Counted from the stretch's first letter, positions 52,090 to 62,411 are shown. The stretch: 64,000 bases of DNA from Bacteroidales bacterium (GCA_046482855.1 JAWOEH010000061.1:8687-72686); one strand, 5' to 3'. Notes: a model not told the origin generated them from the sequence alone. Made by a program: numbers and translations.

Positions 52090-52364
52090 AGGTTTTGGTA
52101 TTTAGTTTTCGATTGCAATTTTTCGCATGGAAAGAACAAACCGGCAATAGTGTGTGCATACTTTTTATCCAGGCACATAAGAAGTCCTGGCTGTCCTTAC
52201 AAGAAGGTTACAACCATCGCTTTCAGCTGCTTAAAAGTATAAGATTTTCTTATCTTTTCAAATTCCTGACATTTAAAAACTTTCTGCTGCCATAGCCTTC
52301 TTAAGGACTGGTCTTTTATTGGTCTTTAATAAGACAGTTCTTTTTTCGGGAAGATCCGTTTTTC

Positions 52365-53501
52365 TCAAGCTTTAAGAAAATGAGCAAGATGTTTAGCTGC
52401 TTTGTCAATAGTGGGCAGCGGATGCGCAATATTAAGGCGTATATAATTGGCTGTTTGGGGCGAGAAATGCTCTCCCGGGATCACAGCTACACGCTCTTTG
52501 TCATAAAGTTGCATGGCAAAGTCAAAGCCATTGGTATGGGGCCTTGGGAGTTTTGCCCAAATAAAGTAACCTCCTTTTACCTCGGGAATAGTAAAGTTGA
52601 AGGCTTCAAGAACTTCTTTTAGCCGTGTAAATGACTGGGTTAGGTTTTCGCGTAGCCATTGTATATAAGCGGTTCCTTGTTGGTGTTTTTGCAGATAGTT
52701 GGCCAATGCCTGCTGTTGGATGGATGGAGCGCAAAGCCCGGTATAGTCATGTATTGCTTTGATTTGTGCCAGGTGTTGCTGGTGCCCTATTATATAACCT
52801 ATACGCCACCCGGTTATGCTGAATAGTTTCGAGAAACTATTGGTATAAAATAGTTGCGGATGGGTATAGTTGTCGCATAAGTAGGGAGGGGTGTCGAAAT
52901 AGAGTTCCCGATAGACTGCATCTAAAATCAGATACACCTTGTTTTGTTCGCACAATTCGATGAGCGCTTTCATTTCAGTTTTACTCCAAATCCTTCCCAG
53001 GGGATTTCCGGGGGTGGCTAAGAAAATAACACCTACATTTTCGTTTTGGATTGTTTGCGCTAGTTCTTGAAAGTTAACAGCTCCGGAAACAGGAAGAGAG
53101 AACTCAATGAATGGCGTATTGAAGATTTCGGGCAGATTGCGGTAACTTTCGTAAACAGGGCTGAAGGCCAATGCTGAAAAGGGGGTCGTGCGTTTTTTTT
53201 TCAGGTAAATGAAAAGTAAGGTGAGCGCTTCGGTTCCGCCTTGTGTGATGAGGAGGTTGTCGGCATTCAGTGTTTGTTCTTTTTGATACTTATCCAGTAA
53301 TTCATCCACTAAATCTTTATTGCCGTTTCCAGGGGCATATTGGTGTATGGATGTATGTGTTAATGCATTTAGTTCGTCGAGGAGTTCTTTGGGAGGTGGA
53401 AACCCCGGGATTCCCTGTGCCAGGTTAATGCCTCCCTTTTCTTTTACTTTGTTGCTCATAAAGGATATGAGCGATCCTTTGGGTTTGGTGTAGTGTGTCA
53501 T
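52365..53501 (-). CDS. Class I/II PLP-dependent aminotransferase
   Basis: 378 aa with the PLP-lysine motif NSFSKLFSITGWRIGY and INLAQGIPGFPPP at the N-terminus (YbdL/methionine aminotransferase-like). Confidence 0.88.
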   Translation of the reverse strand: MTHYTKPKGSLISFMSNKVKEKGGINLAQGIPGFPPPKELLDELNALTHTSIHQYAPGNGNKDLVDELLDKYQKEQTLNADNLLITQGGTEALTLLFIYLKKKRTTPFSALAFSPVYESYRNLPEIFNTPFIEFSLPVSGAVNFQELAQTIQNENVGVIFLATPGNPLGRIWSKTEMKALIELCEQNKVYLILDAVYRELYFDTPPYLCDNYTHPQLFYTNSFSKLFSITGWRIGYIIGHQQHLAQIKAIHDYTGLCAPSIQQQALANYLQKHQQGTAYIQWLRENLTQSFTRLKEVLEAFNFTIPEVKGGYFIWAKLPRPHTNGFDFAMQLYDKERVAVIPGEHFSPQTANYIRLNIAHPLPTIDKAAKHLAHFLKA

Positions 53502-54442
53502 GAGTTGGGGATTCTTCCTTGTTCATTATCCATTTGTTCCTTTGAGAGACCAAACTCTTCACGTTCCTCGTTGCCCAGGGGTTCGGTATGTACCATTACA
53601 TCATAGGTTTCGGGAATGGTACGGCGTATGCTTCGCTCCACTTCCTGTGCGATGTTATGTCCTTTATTGATGGTTAAGTCGCCGTTAACCTCAATGTCAA
53701 GGGCAATAACATATTTTGACGCATGTTTCCGTAACCTTACCCGATGAGGATTGTTGGCTCCTTCTACCGCTTCTACTGCATCAAATATTTTGTAATACAA
53801 ATCGGTATCGTCCACTCCGTCCATCAACTCTTTATTCGTTTCCATAAAGATGAAGAACGCAGTACGCATAATCCAGATACTAATAGCCAGAGCTGTAATG
53901 ATATCAAAGAGCGGCATTTTGAACCAGCGGGCAGCAAGAATACCGATTAAAACGGATAAGTTGATGAAAATGTCATTGCGCATGTTCTTGCCATTGGCAA
54001 TAAGTATGGGACTTTGAATTTTTTTTCCAAGGTTTATGTTGTAAAAAGCCAACACTGTTTTTATTACCAGGGATCCCATTGTGACGTAAATTGCCAGGGT
54101 TCCTGGTAAGGGACGTTCTTCAGTTTGCCACAACTGCATAAGAGAGGAGAAAAAGAGCTGCGCACCGGCAAAAAAGATAATGAAACTCAGGGCTTTTGTT
54201 CCAACCGTTTCGGCTCTGTTATAACCATAAGGATATTTGCAGTTGGGCGGGCGGCTCATAATACGCGAAGCAATAAGGCTTATGAAATAGGTGAGGATGT
54301 CGGTAGCGCTATCAATACCATCACCGATAACGGCCATACTATTTGCCAGATAACCTGCCGTGATTTTGATTAAGGCCAGGAAAAAGTTCGCAATGATACC
54401 AATCCAACTGGCTTTTTCTATTTGCTTTGACCGATTGAGCAT
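53498..54442 (-). CDS. Cation diffusion facilitator family transporter
   Basis: 314 aa with six TM helices, the CDF signature (GYLANSMAVIGDGIDSATD) and a C-terminal cytoplasmic domain. It overlaps the aminotransferase gene by 4 nt. Confidence 0.9.
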   Translation of the reverse strand: MLNRSKQIEKASWIGIIANFFLALIKITAGYLANSMAVIGDGIDSATDILTYFISLIASRIMSRPPNCKYPYGYNRAETVGTKALSFIIFFAGAQLFFSSLMQLWQTEERPLPGTLAIYVTMGSLVIKTVLAFYNINLGKKIQSPILIANGKNMRNDIFINLSVLIGILAARWFKMPLFDIITALAISIWIMRTAFFIFMETNKELMDGVDDTDLYYKIFDAVEAVEGANNPHRVRLRKHASKYVIALDIEVNGDLTINKGHNIAQEVERSIRRTIPETYDVMVHTEPLGNEEREEFGLSKEQMDNEQGRIPNS

Positions 54443-54567
54443 AAGCTTGATTTAGTAATTAGCGCAAAAATAACCAAATTTTGCATGTTGCAGGAACAAA
54501 ATGAAAAGAGGATGCCTATAGTAGGTCATCCTCCTTTATTGATAACATGAAACAAGAATATATCTTT

Positions 54568-56109
54568 CTACTTGTGTCGTACCTTAAAATAACCAATGAT
54601 GCTGTTCAGGTTTTCCGACTGGTCAGCTAATCCATCGGCTTGCGTTTTTAAACTTTCAAAAAGCGTGACATTCTGCTGTGTAATCTGGTTAAGATTTTGT
54701 AACGCATTGTTTACTTGCTCAGCACCTGAGTTTTGTTCATGGCTGGCAGCGGCAATTTCTTGTATAAGTTTGGCTGTTTTTTCGATATCAGGCACTACCT
54801 GTTGTATTAATCGTTCGGCTTTTTCCGTGGTAGCAACGCTTGATTGGGAATAGTCATTAATTTCGTCGGCTGCTACTTTACTTCTTTCGGCAAGTTTACG
54901 CACTTCAGCAGCTACCACTGCAAATCCTTTTCCGTGTTCCCCAGCGCGTGCAGCTTCTACAGCGGCATTTAGTGCAAGAATGTTGGTTTGAAAGGCGATG
55001 TCGCTAATGATGGTAATTTTATCAGCAATGTTTTTTATGGAAAGCAAGCTTTCATTGGAGACTTTACCCACTTCTTCGCTTTGCTTTGCTGCAGAAATAG
55101 ATATTTTTTCTGTTTCGCGCGAATTATTTGTGTTTTGCTGAATATTTGCAGTCATCTCTTCCATTGAAGAAGCCAATTCTTCGGAGTTGGAGGCTTGCGT
55201 ATTAGCGCCTTCTGATAAATCACCAGATTTTTCGGTGATTTCAATGCTGGCTGTATTAATTGCCTGCGAAGCTTCTGTAACGCCTACTACTAGCTCGTTA
55301 AGCTTGGCTGCCATATTTTCTAAGGAAGTAGCCAGTTCGCCAATTTCATCATCCTGAACAATGTCCACTTTTGCTGTTAAATCGCCCTCTTCGATGGCTT
55401 TTGCAAAAGCTACACCCTTTTTTATGGGGCGCGTAATGGAGCGTGATGTCCAGAAACCAGCAAAAAGAGCCAGGGCAATAATAAAGATCGAGATTAGGAT
55501 TACCACTCGTGGGAATTGGCGAAAAGAAGCAAGCATTTCATTACTTGCCTGTGCCATGTTTTCTTCCTGAAGTGTGAGCAGATTATCCAGGCGATTGGTA
55601 ATATCGTCAGTAAGCATAATAATTTCACCCCCCTCTTCTACCATAGGGGTTACCTCAAATAGTATCATGGGATCATCATAAGCCTCAAACGAATTGAGGC
55701 TGGTCATTACCTGTTGGTGTGCAGGGACCAATGAGTCTATTATGGCTTGTGAGGTTTGCTGGAACGTTTCCTGGTCTTTAGTGTCCCACTCTGTAGCCAG
55801 TGTCTGTAAGTTGGCGATAAGATCGGGAAACTGCTCATTGTGAAGTGATTTTAGCTTAAGCTTATCGGGTGTATTGGCTTGTTTCTCAATAAAAACCCAG
55901 TTTTTGATTAACATCTTCGATTCAACTACTGCCTGACGCAGGTCATTTAAGTAATAGGTTGAAGGATTATATAAGTTGGTAATCTTTTCGTTAAGCTGCC
56001 GATTGTTCACAGAGCTATTCACTGTTACGAAGGCATTGACCAAAAAGGCCAGAATAATAATGCCGAAACCCAGTGCCAGCTTTCTGCTGATTGTAAGTCT
56101 GTATTTCAT
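54568..56109 (-). CDS. Methyl-accepting chemotaxis protein (two TM helices, periplasmic sensor, HAMP and MCP signalling domain)
   Basis: 513 aa. TM1 spans roughly residues 10-30, followed by a periplasmic region of about 170 aa and TM2 ([19 protein letters not shown]). The HAMP domain is [19 protein letters not shown]...[13 protein letters not shown]. The signalling hairpin is the highly conserved [37 protein letters not shown]. Confidence 0.92.
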   Translation of the reverse strand: MKYRLTISRKLALGFGIIILAFLVNAFVTVNSSVNNRQLNEKITNLYNPSTYYLNDLRQAVVESKMLIKNWVFIEKQANTPDKLKLKSLHNEQFPDLIANLQTLATEWDTKDQETFQQTSQAIIDSLVPAHQQVMTSLNSFEAYDDPMILFEVTPMVEEGGEIIMLTDDITNRLDNLLTLQEENMAQASNEMLASFRQFPRVVILISIFIIALALFAGFWTSRSITRPIKKGVAFAKAIEEGDLTAKVDIVQDDEIGELATSLENMAAKLNELVVGVTEASQAINTASIEITEKSGDLSEGANTQASNSEELASSMEEMTANIQQNTNNSRETEKISISAAKQSEEVGKVSNESLLSIKNIADKITIISDIAFQTNILALNAAVEAARAGEHGKGFAVVAAEVRKLAERSKVAADEINDYSQSSVATTEKAERLIQQVVPDIEKTAKLIQEIAAASHEQNSGAEQVNNALQNLNQITQQNVTLFESLKTQADGLADQSENLNSIIGYFKVRHK

Positions 56110-56124
56110 GATTGCTACTTTTGC

Positions 56125-56634
56125 TTAATATGTTTTAGCTGCCATCTCTGCGATTTTTGAATGGTATTTTAAACCATACTTTAATGCATTGGTCCCTTTG
56201 AATTCGTAGCGTAATCGGTTTCCTTCGAGGAAAAAGTTGATGGCAGCGCCTTTTTGAATTCCCTGATCACTATCGCTAATCAGCAATACGCTTCGTCCTG
56301 CTTTTTCGTGAATCCCTTGTATGTCACCTATTTTAGTATAAGACACATACAGAATATCGCATTCAGTAACATCTTCCTTATTGCGAAACTTTTTCACGGA
56401 AATGTTTTGGGTAATAACTTTTTTCCCCTGTGTGAATGAATTTAATGCATTGTACATATCTCCTGAACCCAGCACGCCTATTACAAAGTCGCCTGTACGT
56501 ACATGAGCCGGCCACTCAAAAAACTTGGTAAAGTTGTAAATGAATTTTGCTTTCGCATCTTCGATTTCTACTTGCGCCTTTAATTGACTTGCCGCAAAAA
56601 GCAACAAAATAGCAATCAACCCTAACTTTTTCAT
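56125..56634 (-). CDS. YfiR-family (DUF4154) periplasmic protein
   Basis: 169 aa with a signal peptide (LLLFAASQLKAQ) and the DUF4154-type start KAKFIYNFTKFFEWP. It lies 15 nt upstream of the MCP gene on the same strand. Confidence 0.8.
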   Translation of the reverse strand: MKKLGLIAILLLFAASQLKAQVEIEDAKAKFIYNFTKFFEWPAHVRTGDFVIGVLGSGDMYNALNSFTQGKKVITQNISVKKFRNKEDVTECDILYVSYTKIGDIQGIHEKAGRSVLLISDSDQGIQKGAAINFFLEGNRLRYEFKGTNALKYGLKYHSKIAEMAAKTY

Positions 56635-56748
56635 ATTTCAATAAATTGGTTTTTACAAAGTTGAGATATCTGTAAGTTTCTGACAAAGAAAACCCGGTGA
56701 TGTTTATTTAGCCGAAATGGTGATTTGGCTCACCTTTTTTTTCTGTCA

Positions 56749-57192
56749 TTACCGTTTCATACGGAAAAAGTCCGATAAAAGTTTGCTACATTCCTCTTTT
56801 AATATGCCGCCTACCAATTGGGTTTTTGGATGTAAAATATCTCCAGGCTGTTGGGAAATTCCTCGTTTGTTGTCCGCAGCGCCATATACAACTCGCTTTA
56901 GTTGAGCCCAATATGCGGCTCCTCCGCACATTACACAGGGTTCGGCTGTTACATATAGGGTGCAATTTTTTAGGTATTTGCTCCCCAAGGCATTTGCGGC
57001 TGAAGTTATCGCTTGCATTTCGGCATGCGCTGTAACATCATGAAGCGTCTCTGTAAGGTTATGGGCTCGGGCAATAATCTGATCTTCAATGGTAATAATT
57101 GCCCCCATTGGAATTTCGTCCTTTTCCAAGGCTTTTCTGGCTTCGGTTAAGGCTTGTTGCATGAAATATTCATCGGAAAGTAAGATGCCCAT
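56749..57192 (-). CDS. tadA: tRNA adenosine(34) deaminase
   Basis: It has the CDA zinc motifs HAEMQAI and PCVMCGGA. I start it at the ATG at 57192 (MGILLSDEYFMQQAL); the track start at 57216 is non-ATG. Confidence 0.93.
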   Translation of the reverse strand: MGILLSDEYFMQQALTEARKALEKDEIPMGAIITIEDQIIARAHNLTETLHDVTAHAEMQAITSAANALGSKYLKNCTLYVTAEPCVMCGGAAYWAQLKRVVYGAADNKRGISQQPGDILHPKTQLVGGILKEECSKLLSDFFRMKR

Positions 57193-57317
57193 TTTTTTTA
57201 CGACAAAAATAAGCAATTACACCTTTTGATAGGCGTATTTTCCTTTCGGCGATCTGAAAAAAACTTTGTACTTTCGCACGATAATCTTTTGGAACTGACA
57301 CAGAAAAAAAGAAACCT

Positions 57318-59069
57318 ATGTATCGGACACATACTTGTGAAGAATTAAGAGCAAAACATATTGGCCAGGATATAACTTTATCGGGGTGGATTCAAGCCAT
57401 CCGTAAACTTGGAGGGATGACATTTGTTACCCTACGAGACAGGTATGGTCTTACCCAATTGTTTTTTGACGAGCATTCGGGGGAAGTAAATGAGCGCGTA
57501 AAGCAGCTGGGACGTGAATTTGTTATCCAGGTACGAGGGGAAGTTATGGAGCGCTCGAGTAAAAACCCCCAAATGGCTACCGGAGATATTGAAATTAAAG
57601 TACGAGAAATCAATGTATTGAACCGTTCCGAAGTACCCCCTTTTACAATTGAAGACGATACTGACGGGGGCGAAGAATTGCGTATGAAATATAGGTACCT
57701 GGATTTGCGACGAAACCCGGTGAAGGAGAAGCTGGAACTGCGTCATAAAATGGGGCAGGCTATTCGTCGATACCTGGATACCTTGGATTTTATGGAGATT
57801 GAGACTCCCTATTTGATAAAATCAACTCCGGAGGGAGCTCGCGATTTTGTTGTTCCTTCACGCTTGAATCAAGGGACTTTTTATGCGCTGCCTCAATCGC
57901 CGCAAACCTTTAAGCAGTTGCTTATGGTTGGTGGATACGATAGGTATTTTCAGTTAGTGAAGTGTTTTCGGGATGAAGATTTTCGTGCAGACAGGCAACC
58001 TGAGTTCACCCAGGTTGATTGCGAGATGGCTTTTGTTGACCAAGAAGATATTCTTTCCACATTTGAAGGATTGGCAAAGTATCTTTTTAAAGAGGTAAAA
58101 GGTGTCGAGCTCGATTATAATTTTCCGCGCCTGTCGTATGATGAGGCCATAGCGAGCTATGGTTCCGATAAGCCCGATATCCGCTTTGGCATGGTAATGC
58201 AAGAAATTACTGATCTTGCCCAGGGAAAAGGGTTTAAAGTTTTCGACCAGGTGGATTATATAGGGGGTATATGTGCCGAAGGCTGCGCAGGCTATTCCCG
58301 GAAGCAATTAGATGCCCTTACGAAGTTTGTTCAAACACCACAGGTAGGGGCTAAAGGTTTAGTATATGTAAAGTGCAATGAAGATGGGTCCTTTAAATCT
58401 TCTGTGGATAAGTTCTTTACGGAAGATCAGCTTGCTGAGTGGATGAAGGCCATGAAAGCAAAACCAGGTGACCTGTTGTTGATTCTGGCAGGGGAGAGAA
58501 AAAAGACCCAAACGGCATTAGGTACCTTGCGTTTGGAGATGGGAGACCAATTAGGATTGCGGGATTCCAATGCCTTTTCGCCTTTGTGGGTAGTTGATTT
58601 CCCATTATTGGAGTGGGATGAAGACGATCAGCGCTTCTTTGCCATGCATCATCCCTTTACCTCGCCTAAGCAAGAGGATATGGAGTTGTTTGAATCTGAT
58701 CCCGGAGCCATGCGTGCAAATGCTTACGACTTTGTAATCAATGGCGTGGAGATTGGTGGTGGTTCCATTCGTATCTATAACCCTGAAGTACAGCAAAAAA
58801 TGTTTTCAGCTTTGGGGATTGGAAAAGAAGAAGCTCAGGAGAAATTTGGCTTTTTACTCGATGCTTTTAAATATGGAGCGCCTCCACATGGCGGAATTGC
58901 TTTTGGTTTTGATCGTTGGTGTGCAGTATTTGGTGGTTCTGATTCCATTCGCGATTTTATCGCATTCCCCAAAAACAATGCAGGGCGGGACTTAATGATT
59001 GATAGTCCGGCTGGTATCGACAAAAAACAACTTGAAGAGTTGGGGTTGAGTATAAAAAATAAGACTTAA
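57318..59069 (+). CDS. aspS: Aspartate--tRNA ligase
   Basis: 583 aa with an N-terminal OB fold, class II motif 2 ([18 protein letters not shown]) and motif 3 (GGIAFGFDR). Confidence 0.97.
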   Translation: MYRTHTCEELRAKHIGQDITLSGWIQAIRKLGGMTFVTLRDRYGLTQLFFDEHSGEVNERVKQLGREFVIQVRGEVMERSSKNPQMATGDIEIKVREINVLNRSEVPPFTIEDDTDGGEELRMKYRYLDLRRNPVKEKLELRHKMGQAIRRYLDTLDFMEIETPYLIKSTPEGARDFVVPSRLNQGTFYALPQSPQTFKQLLMVGGYDRYFQLVKCFRDEDFRADRQPEFTQVDCEMAFVDQEDILSTFEGLAKYLFKEVKGVELDYNFPRLSYDEAIASYGSDKPDIRFGMVMQEITDLAQGKGFKVFDQVDYIGGICAEGCAGYSRKQLDALTKFVQTPQVGAKGLVYVKCNEDGSFKSSVDKFFTEDQLAEWMKAMKAKPGDLLLILAGERKKTQTALGTLRLEMGDQLGLRDSNAFSPLWVVDFPLLEWDEDDQRFFAMHHPFTSPKQEDMELFESDPGAMRANAYDFVINGVEIGGGSIRIYNPEVQQKMFSALGIGKEEAQEKFGFLLDAFKYGAPPHGGIAFGFDRWCAVFGGSDSIRDFIAFPKNNAGRDLMIDSPAGIDKKQLEELGLSIKNKT

Positions 59070-59088
59070 GTGGTTACTGTAGAAATAT

Positions 59089-59124
59089 AAAAAAAACGGC
59101 TGCCCTAAAGCAGCCGTTTTTTTT
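59089..59124. terminator. Bidirectional terminator between convergent aspS and the repeat-protein gene
   Basis: An A-run, then CGGCTGC-CCTAAA-GCAGCCG, then TTTTTTTT. Confidence 0.8.
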
Positions 59125-59141
59125 ATATAGGAAGTGTTTTG

Positions 59142-60122
59142 TTATTTATTAATGGCCTCCAGGTTGGCAGCGAAATAGAATTTGTCTTTTAATTCCCATT
59201 CATTATTTTGGTTGTCCCATCTGTACTCCATTTTATTTAGAATATCACCGGCGTCATTATAGGTGGCTTCAAACTTTTTGAAATTTATCCACTCGCCCGA
59301 TAGATAATCCCAGCGAAGTTCATGTTGGCTTTGGATATCTCCTTTTCTGTTGTAGTCCATGGTATATTGCAAGGCATTTAGCCAGTCCTCTTGAGCTGTG
59401 TTCCATGTCATACGTACTTCTTTGGTTTTGTATCCTCTCGCATTATAGTCAATTAGGTACTTTCCATCTGTTTCCCAGTTCATTTTTTCAGTGTTCCAGC
59501 TTTTGGCAATGACCTTGCTTGGAGGCATAAAGTCGCTGTAGAATTCCATATCGAAACGCATATAGTTCTCCCAGTTTTCATTGTAGGGATTGAATTTACG
59601 AATCACGGTTGCACTTCTTTCCCCCTCTTGCGTGTAGGTGATAATATACTTCACTTTATTAAACCACGAGCTGGTTGGTTTTGACCATTCCTGGAAGAGT
59701 ACTTCCTCTCTTTTCCCCGATTTGTTGTATGAGATATTACGCAGTGTGGCATTCACCCAACCGGCTGTTGTGGGATCCCAAATCTGAACAATTTCGCTTG
59801 TTTCATTTCCTCGTTCATTATACTCGTAATTGGTTTGTGTTAAGTTTTGCCAGTCGGTGTTTCTTTTCTGCCACTGTTGAAGTAAAACTTCAGTTGGGTC
59901 ATCCTTATCGTTAAATTTTCTAATTTCTCTTTGATAGTAAGTCCATTCCTGCGCATTTTCGTCCCACTGGAATGTGTAGAGTGTGTCGTTACCCGCCCAA
60001 GTGATTTTCTCCTTTTGCTTCTCTTCATCATTAATGTCGTGAGCAGCTTTGGGCTGTGCCTGAATGGTTGCCGCTGCGGCAATCAAAAGCAGACTTGCTA
60101 ATATGTATCGTACGTTTTTCAT
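59142..60122 (-). CDS. Secreted tandem-repeat protein (~9 copies of a 31-residue W-x6-W...Y-N-x-x-G unit)
   Basis: 326 aa with a signal peptide (LLLIAAAATIQAQ). Example repeat units are QQWQKRNTDWQNLTQTNYEYNERGNETSEIV, QIWDPTTAGWVNATLRNISYNKSGKREEVL, MTWNTAQEDWLNALQYTMDYNRKGDIQSQHE and LRWDYLSGEWINFKKFEATYNDAGDILNKME. Confidence 0.75.
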   Translation of the reverse strand: MKNVRYILASLLLIAAAATIQAQPKAAHDINDEEKQKEKITWAGNDTLYTFQWDENAQEWTYYQREIRKFNDKDDPTEVLLQQWQKRNTDWQNLTQTNYEYNERGNETSEIVQIWDPTTAGWVNATLRNISYNKSGKREEVLFQEWSKPTSSWFNKVKYIITYTQEGERSATVIRKFNPYNENWENYMRFDMEFYSDFMPPSKVIAKSWNTEKMNWETDGKYLIDYNARGYKTKEVRMTWNTAQEDWLNALQYTMDYNRKGDIQSQHELRWDYLSGEWINFKKFEATYNDAGDILNKMEYRWDNQNNEWELKDKFYFAANLEAINK

Positions 60123-60334
60123 AATAGGTTGATTTAATGATTATCTGTTTTTTTGTGTTTCTACTTCTATGATGTTTATTTCCCAAAACACCCTATCGAC
60201 ATTTTTTGTTTTTTTATTCCGTTAATGCCCAATGTGTTCAAAAAAACAGGTGAGCTGTTGAAAACTTAACATGAATTTAACATAAGGCTTCTAATATAGC
60301 GCGTAATTTGGTCTCAAATTTTAAGCGAAAAATT

Positions 60335-60640
60335 ATGTTGTTGATTAATCAGAACAGGAACGAGTATATTGTGGGTTTTCGCGGTACACGAAAGCTTAAC
60401 ATCGAGATTAAAGAAGACGTTGAGGCGCAGATTCTATCGCTCCTTGAGCAACCCATAACAAAATTGGTTCTTAACATGCAGAGCATTGTTTTTATTGATA
60501 GTGCCGGTTTTGAGTTGCTAATGGAGATAGAGCAAAAAGCCGATTTGAAAGATGTCGTCTTTCAGCTCATGAATGTTTCCGAAGAAGCGCATGAGATTTT
60601 TGATTTATTGAAGATGGAGAAAGTTTTTGAGATCGTATAA
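60335..60640 (+). CDS. STAS-domain protein (anti-sigma-factor antagonist-like)
   Basis: I start it at the ATG at 60335 (MLLINQNRNEYIVGFRG...). The sequence is SpoIIAA-like, with the conserved FIDSAGFELL segment containing the potential phospho-Ser. Confidence 0.8.
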   Translation: MLLINQNRNEYIVGFRGTRKLNIEIKEDVEAQILSLLEQPITKLVLNMQSIVFIDSAGFELLMEIEQKADLKDVVFQLMNVSEEAHEIFDLLKMEKVFEIV

Positions 60641-60662
60641 AATTGAAATAGGATAGAAAAAT

Positions 60663-60698
60663 AAAAGAGGCGCTTGTGAAAGCGCCTCTTTTATTTTT
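60663..60698. terminator. Bidirectional terminator between convergent STAS and CMD-family genes
   Basis: AAAAGAGGCGCTT-GTGA-AAGCGCCTCTTTT, flanked by A/T runs. Confidence 0.8.
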
Positions 60699-60707
60699 CT
60701 GATTATC

Positions 60708-61058
60708 TTATTCATTACTTGTTTGTAGTATTTCCCAGTATTCCAGGGCTCTGCGAGTATGGGGGATGACAATTGTACCTCCTACCAGGTTCGCCACAGA
60801 GAATATTTCATACATCTCTTCGTTGGTTACGCCTTGTTCATAACACTGTTCCAGATGGTATTTAATGCAATCGTCGCAGCGGAGTACCATTGAGGTAGCA
60901 AGACCCAACATTTCTTTCACCTTTGAGGAGAGGGCCCCTTCCATGTAGGTATTTGTATCGAGGTTAAAAATGCGCTTAATAACTTTATTGTCGGTGCTCA
61001 GAAGTTTCTCGTTCATTTTTTCCCGGTAGCTGCGGAATTCATCTATTTGTTTGTTCAT
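60708..61058 (-). CDS. Carboxymuconolactone decarboxylase (AhpD-like) family protein
   Basis: 116 aa with the CxxC motif in LRCDDCIKYH, typical of AhpD/CMD-fold proteins. Confidence 0.85.
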   Translation of the reverse strand: MNKQIDEFRSYREKMNEKLLSTDNKVIKRIFNLDTNTYMEGALSSKVKEMLGLATSMVLRCDDCIKYHLEQCYEQGVTNEEMYEIFSVANLVGGTIVIPHTRRALEYWEILQTSNE

Positions 61059-61061
61059 ATG

Positions 61062-62411
61062 TCAGGATTTTAATTTAATGGCTTGTCCAATTAATGTGGC
61101 GGATGTAGCCTGTTCAACTTCTACCTCAACCAGATCGCCAATATGAAAGTATTCACGGGGGAATACCACAACTTTGTTTTGTGAGTTACGTCCATAAAAA
61201 TCTTGTGAAGAACGTTTGGATACTCCCTCAACCAGAACATCGAATACCTTTCCGATGTCCTCTTTTTTACTTTGTGTTGAGAGTTCACTTTGAAGATCAA
61301 TGATCTCTGTAAGCCTGCGTGTTTTTACTGAGTCTGGCACATCATCCTTCATTTTTCTGGCAGCCTTTGTGCCTTCGCGTTCAGAATATTTAAACATAAA
61401 GGCTAAATCGTAATTTACCCAACGCATTAGACTCAGGGTTTCCTGGTGTTCTTCCTCGGTCTCTCCGCAAAAGCCGGTCATGATATCGGTTGTGATGGCG
61501 CAATCTGGGAGAATTTTTCGTATTGCCCGGATTCTGTCCATATAATATTCGCGCGTATAGCCTCTGTTCATGCGTGTCAGTACGGCGGAGCTTCCCGACT
61601 GTACAGGAAGGTGAATATGATTGCATATATTATTGTACATAGCCATGGTATAGAGTACTTCATCGGAAAGATCTTTGGGATGACTTGTACTAAAACGAAT
61701 GCGCATTTTAGGATCGACCTTGGCTACGCTCTCCAGAAGTTGGGCAAATGTATAGCTTTTTTTAGAGTCGGGGTCGGTATAATTGTAGGAATCTACATTT
61801 TGCCCCAATAGGGTAAGTTCTTTGTAACCGGCTTTGCTGAGTTCCTCCACTTCGTGTAAAATGGTTTTTAGCGGACGGCTACGCTCTCCTCCTCTAACAT
61901 AAGGAACAATACAATAAGTACACATGTTATTGCATCCCCGCATAATGGAGACGAATGCCGATACCTTATTTGTGCTTTGACGAACAGGAGCTATGTCGGC
62001 GTAGGTTTCTTCCCTGGAAAGAAGAACATTTATTGCTTTTTGTCCACTCTGTACCTCTTCTAAAAGTGTTGGTAATTCCCTGTATCCATCTGGCCCAACA
62101 ACCAAATCGAGGCTTTTTTCTTCCTCTAAAAGTTTGTGTTTTAAGCGCTCAGCCATACAGCCAATAAGGCCAATAGTTATATCCGGACGACGTTTCTTCT
62201 CTTGTTTGAATACATTTAGTCGGCCCCATACTCGTTGCTCAGCGTTTTCCCGAATGCTGCACGTGTTCACCAGGATCAGATCTGCCTTATCCATGTGTTG
62301 GGTTTGTTCGTAACCATGCTCCCGAAGGATGGAGGCAACAACCTCACTGTCGGCAGTGTTCATTTGGCAGCCATAGGTTTCGATGTAGAGCTTAGGTCGT
62401 TTTGTTGTCAT
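61062..62411 (-). CDS. miaB: tRNA-2-methylthio-N6-dimethylallyladenosine synthase
   Basis: 449 aa with N-terminal UPF0004 cysteines (YGCQMN, NTCSIRE), the radical-SAM motif CNNMCTYCIVP, and a C-terminal TRAM domain. Confidence 0.95.
   Translation of the reverse strand: MTTKRPKLYIETYGCQMNTADSEVVASILREHGYEQTQHMDKADLILVNTCSIRENAEQRVWGRLNVFKQEKKRRPDITIGLIGCMAERLKHKLLEEEKSLDLVVGPDGYRELPTLLEEVQSGQKAINVLLSREETYADIAPVRQSTNKVSAFVSIMRGCNNMCTYCIVPYVRGGERSRPLKTILHEVEELSKAGYKELTLLGQNVDSYNYTDPDSKKSYTFAQLLESVAKVDPKMRIRFSTSHPKDLSDEVLYTMAMYNNICNHIHLPVQSGSSAVLTRMNRGYTREYYMDRIRAIRKILPDCAITTDIMTGFCGETEEEHQETLSLMRWVNYDLAFMFKYSEREGTKAARKMKDDVPDSVKTRRLTEIIDLQSELSTQSKKEDIGKVFDVLVEGVSKRSSQDFYGRNSQNKVVVFPREYFHIGDLVEVEVEQATSATLIGQAIKLKS

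Noticed and set aside
56719-56742. GGTGA-TTTGGC-TCACC followed by T8 near the tadA 3' end, as a terminator.
   Set aside because: The stem is only 5 bp and the T-run is on the + strand, where no gene precedes it. On the tadA strand the hairpin lacks a following U-tract.
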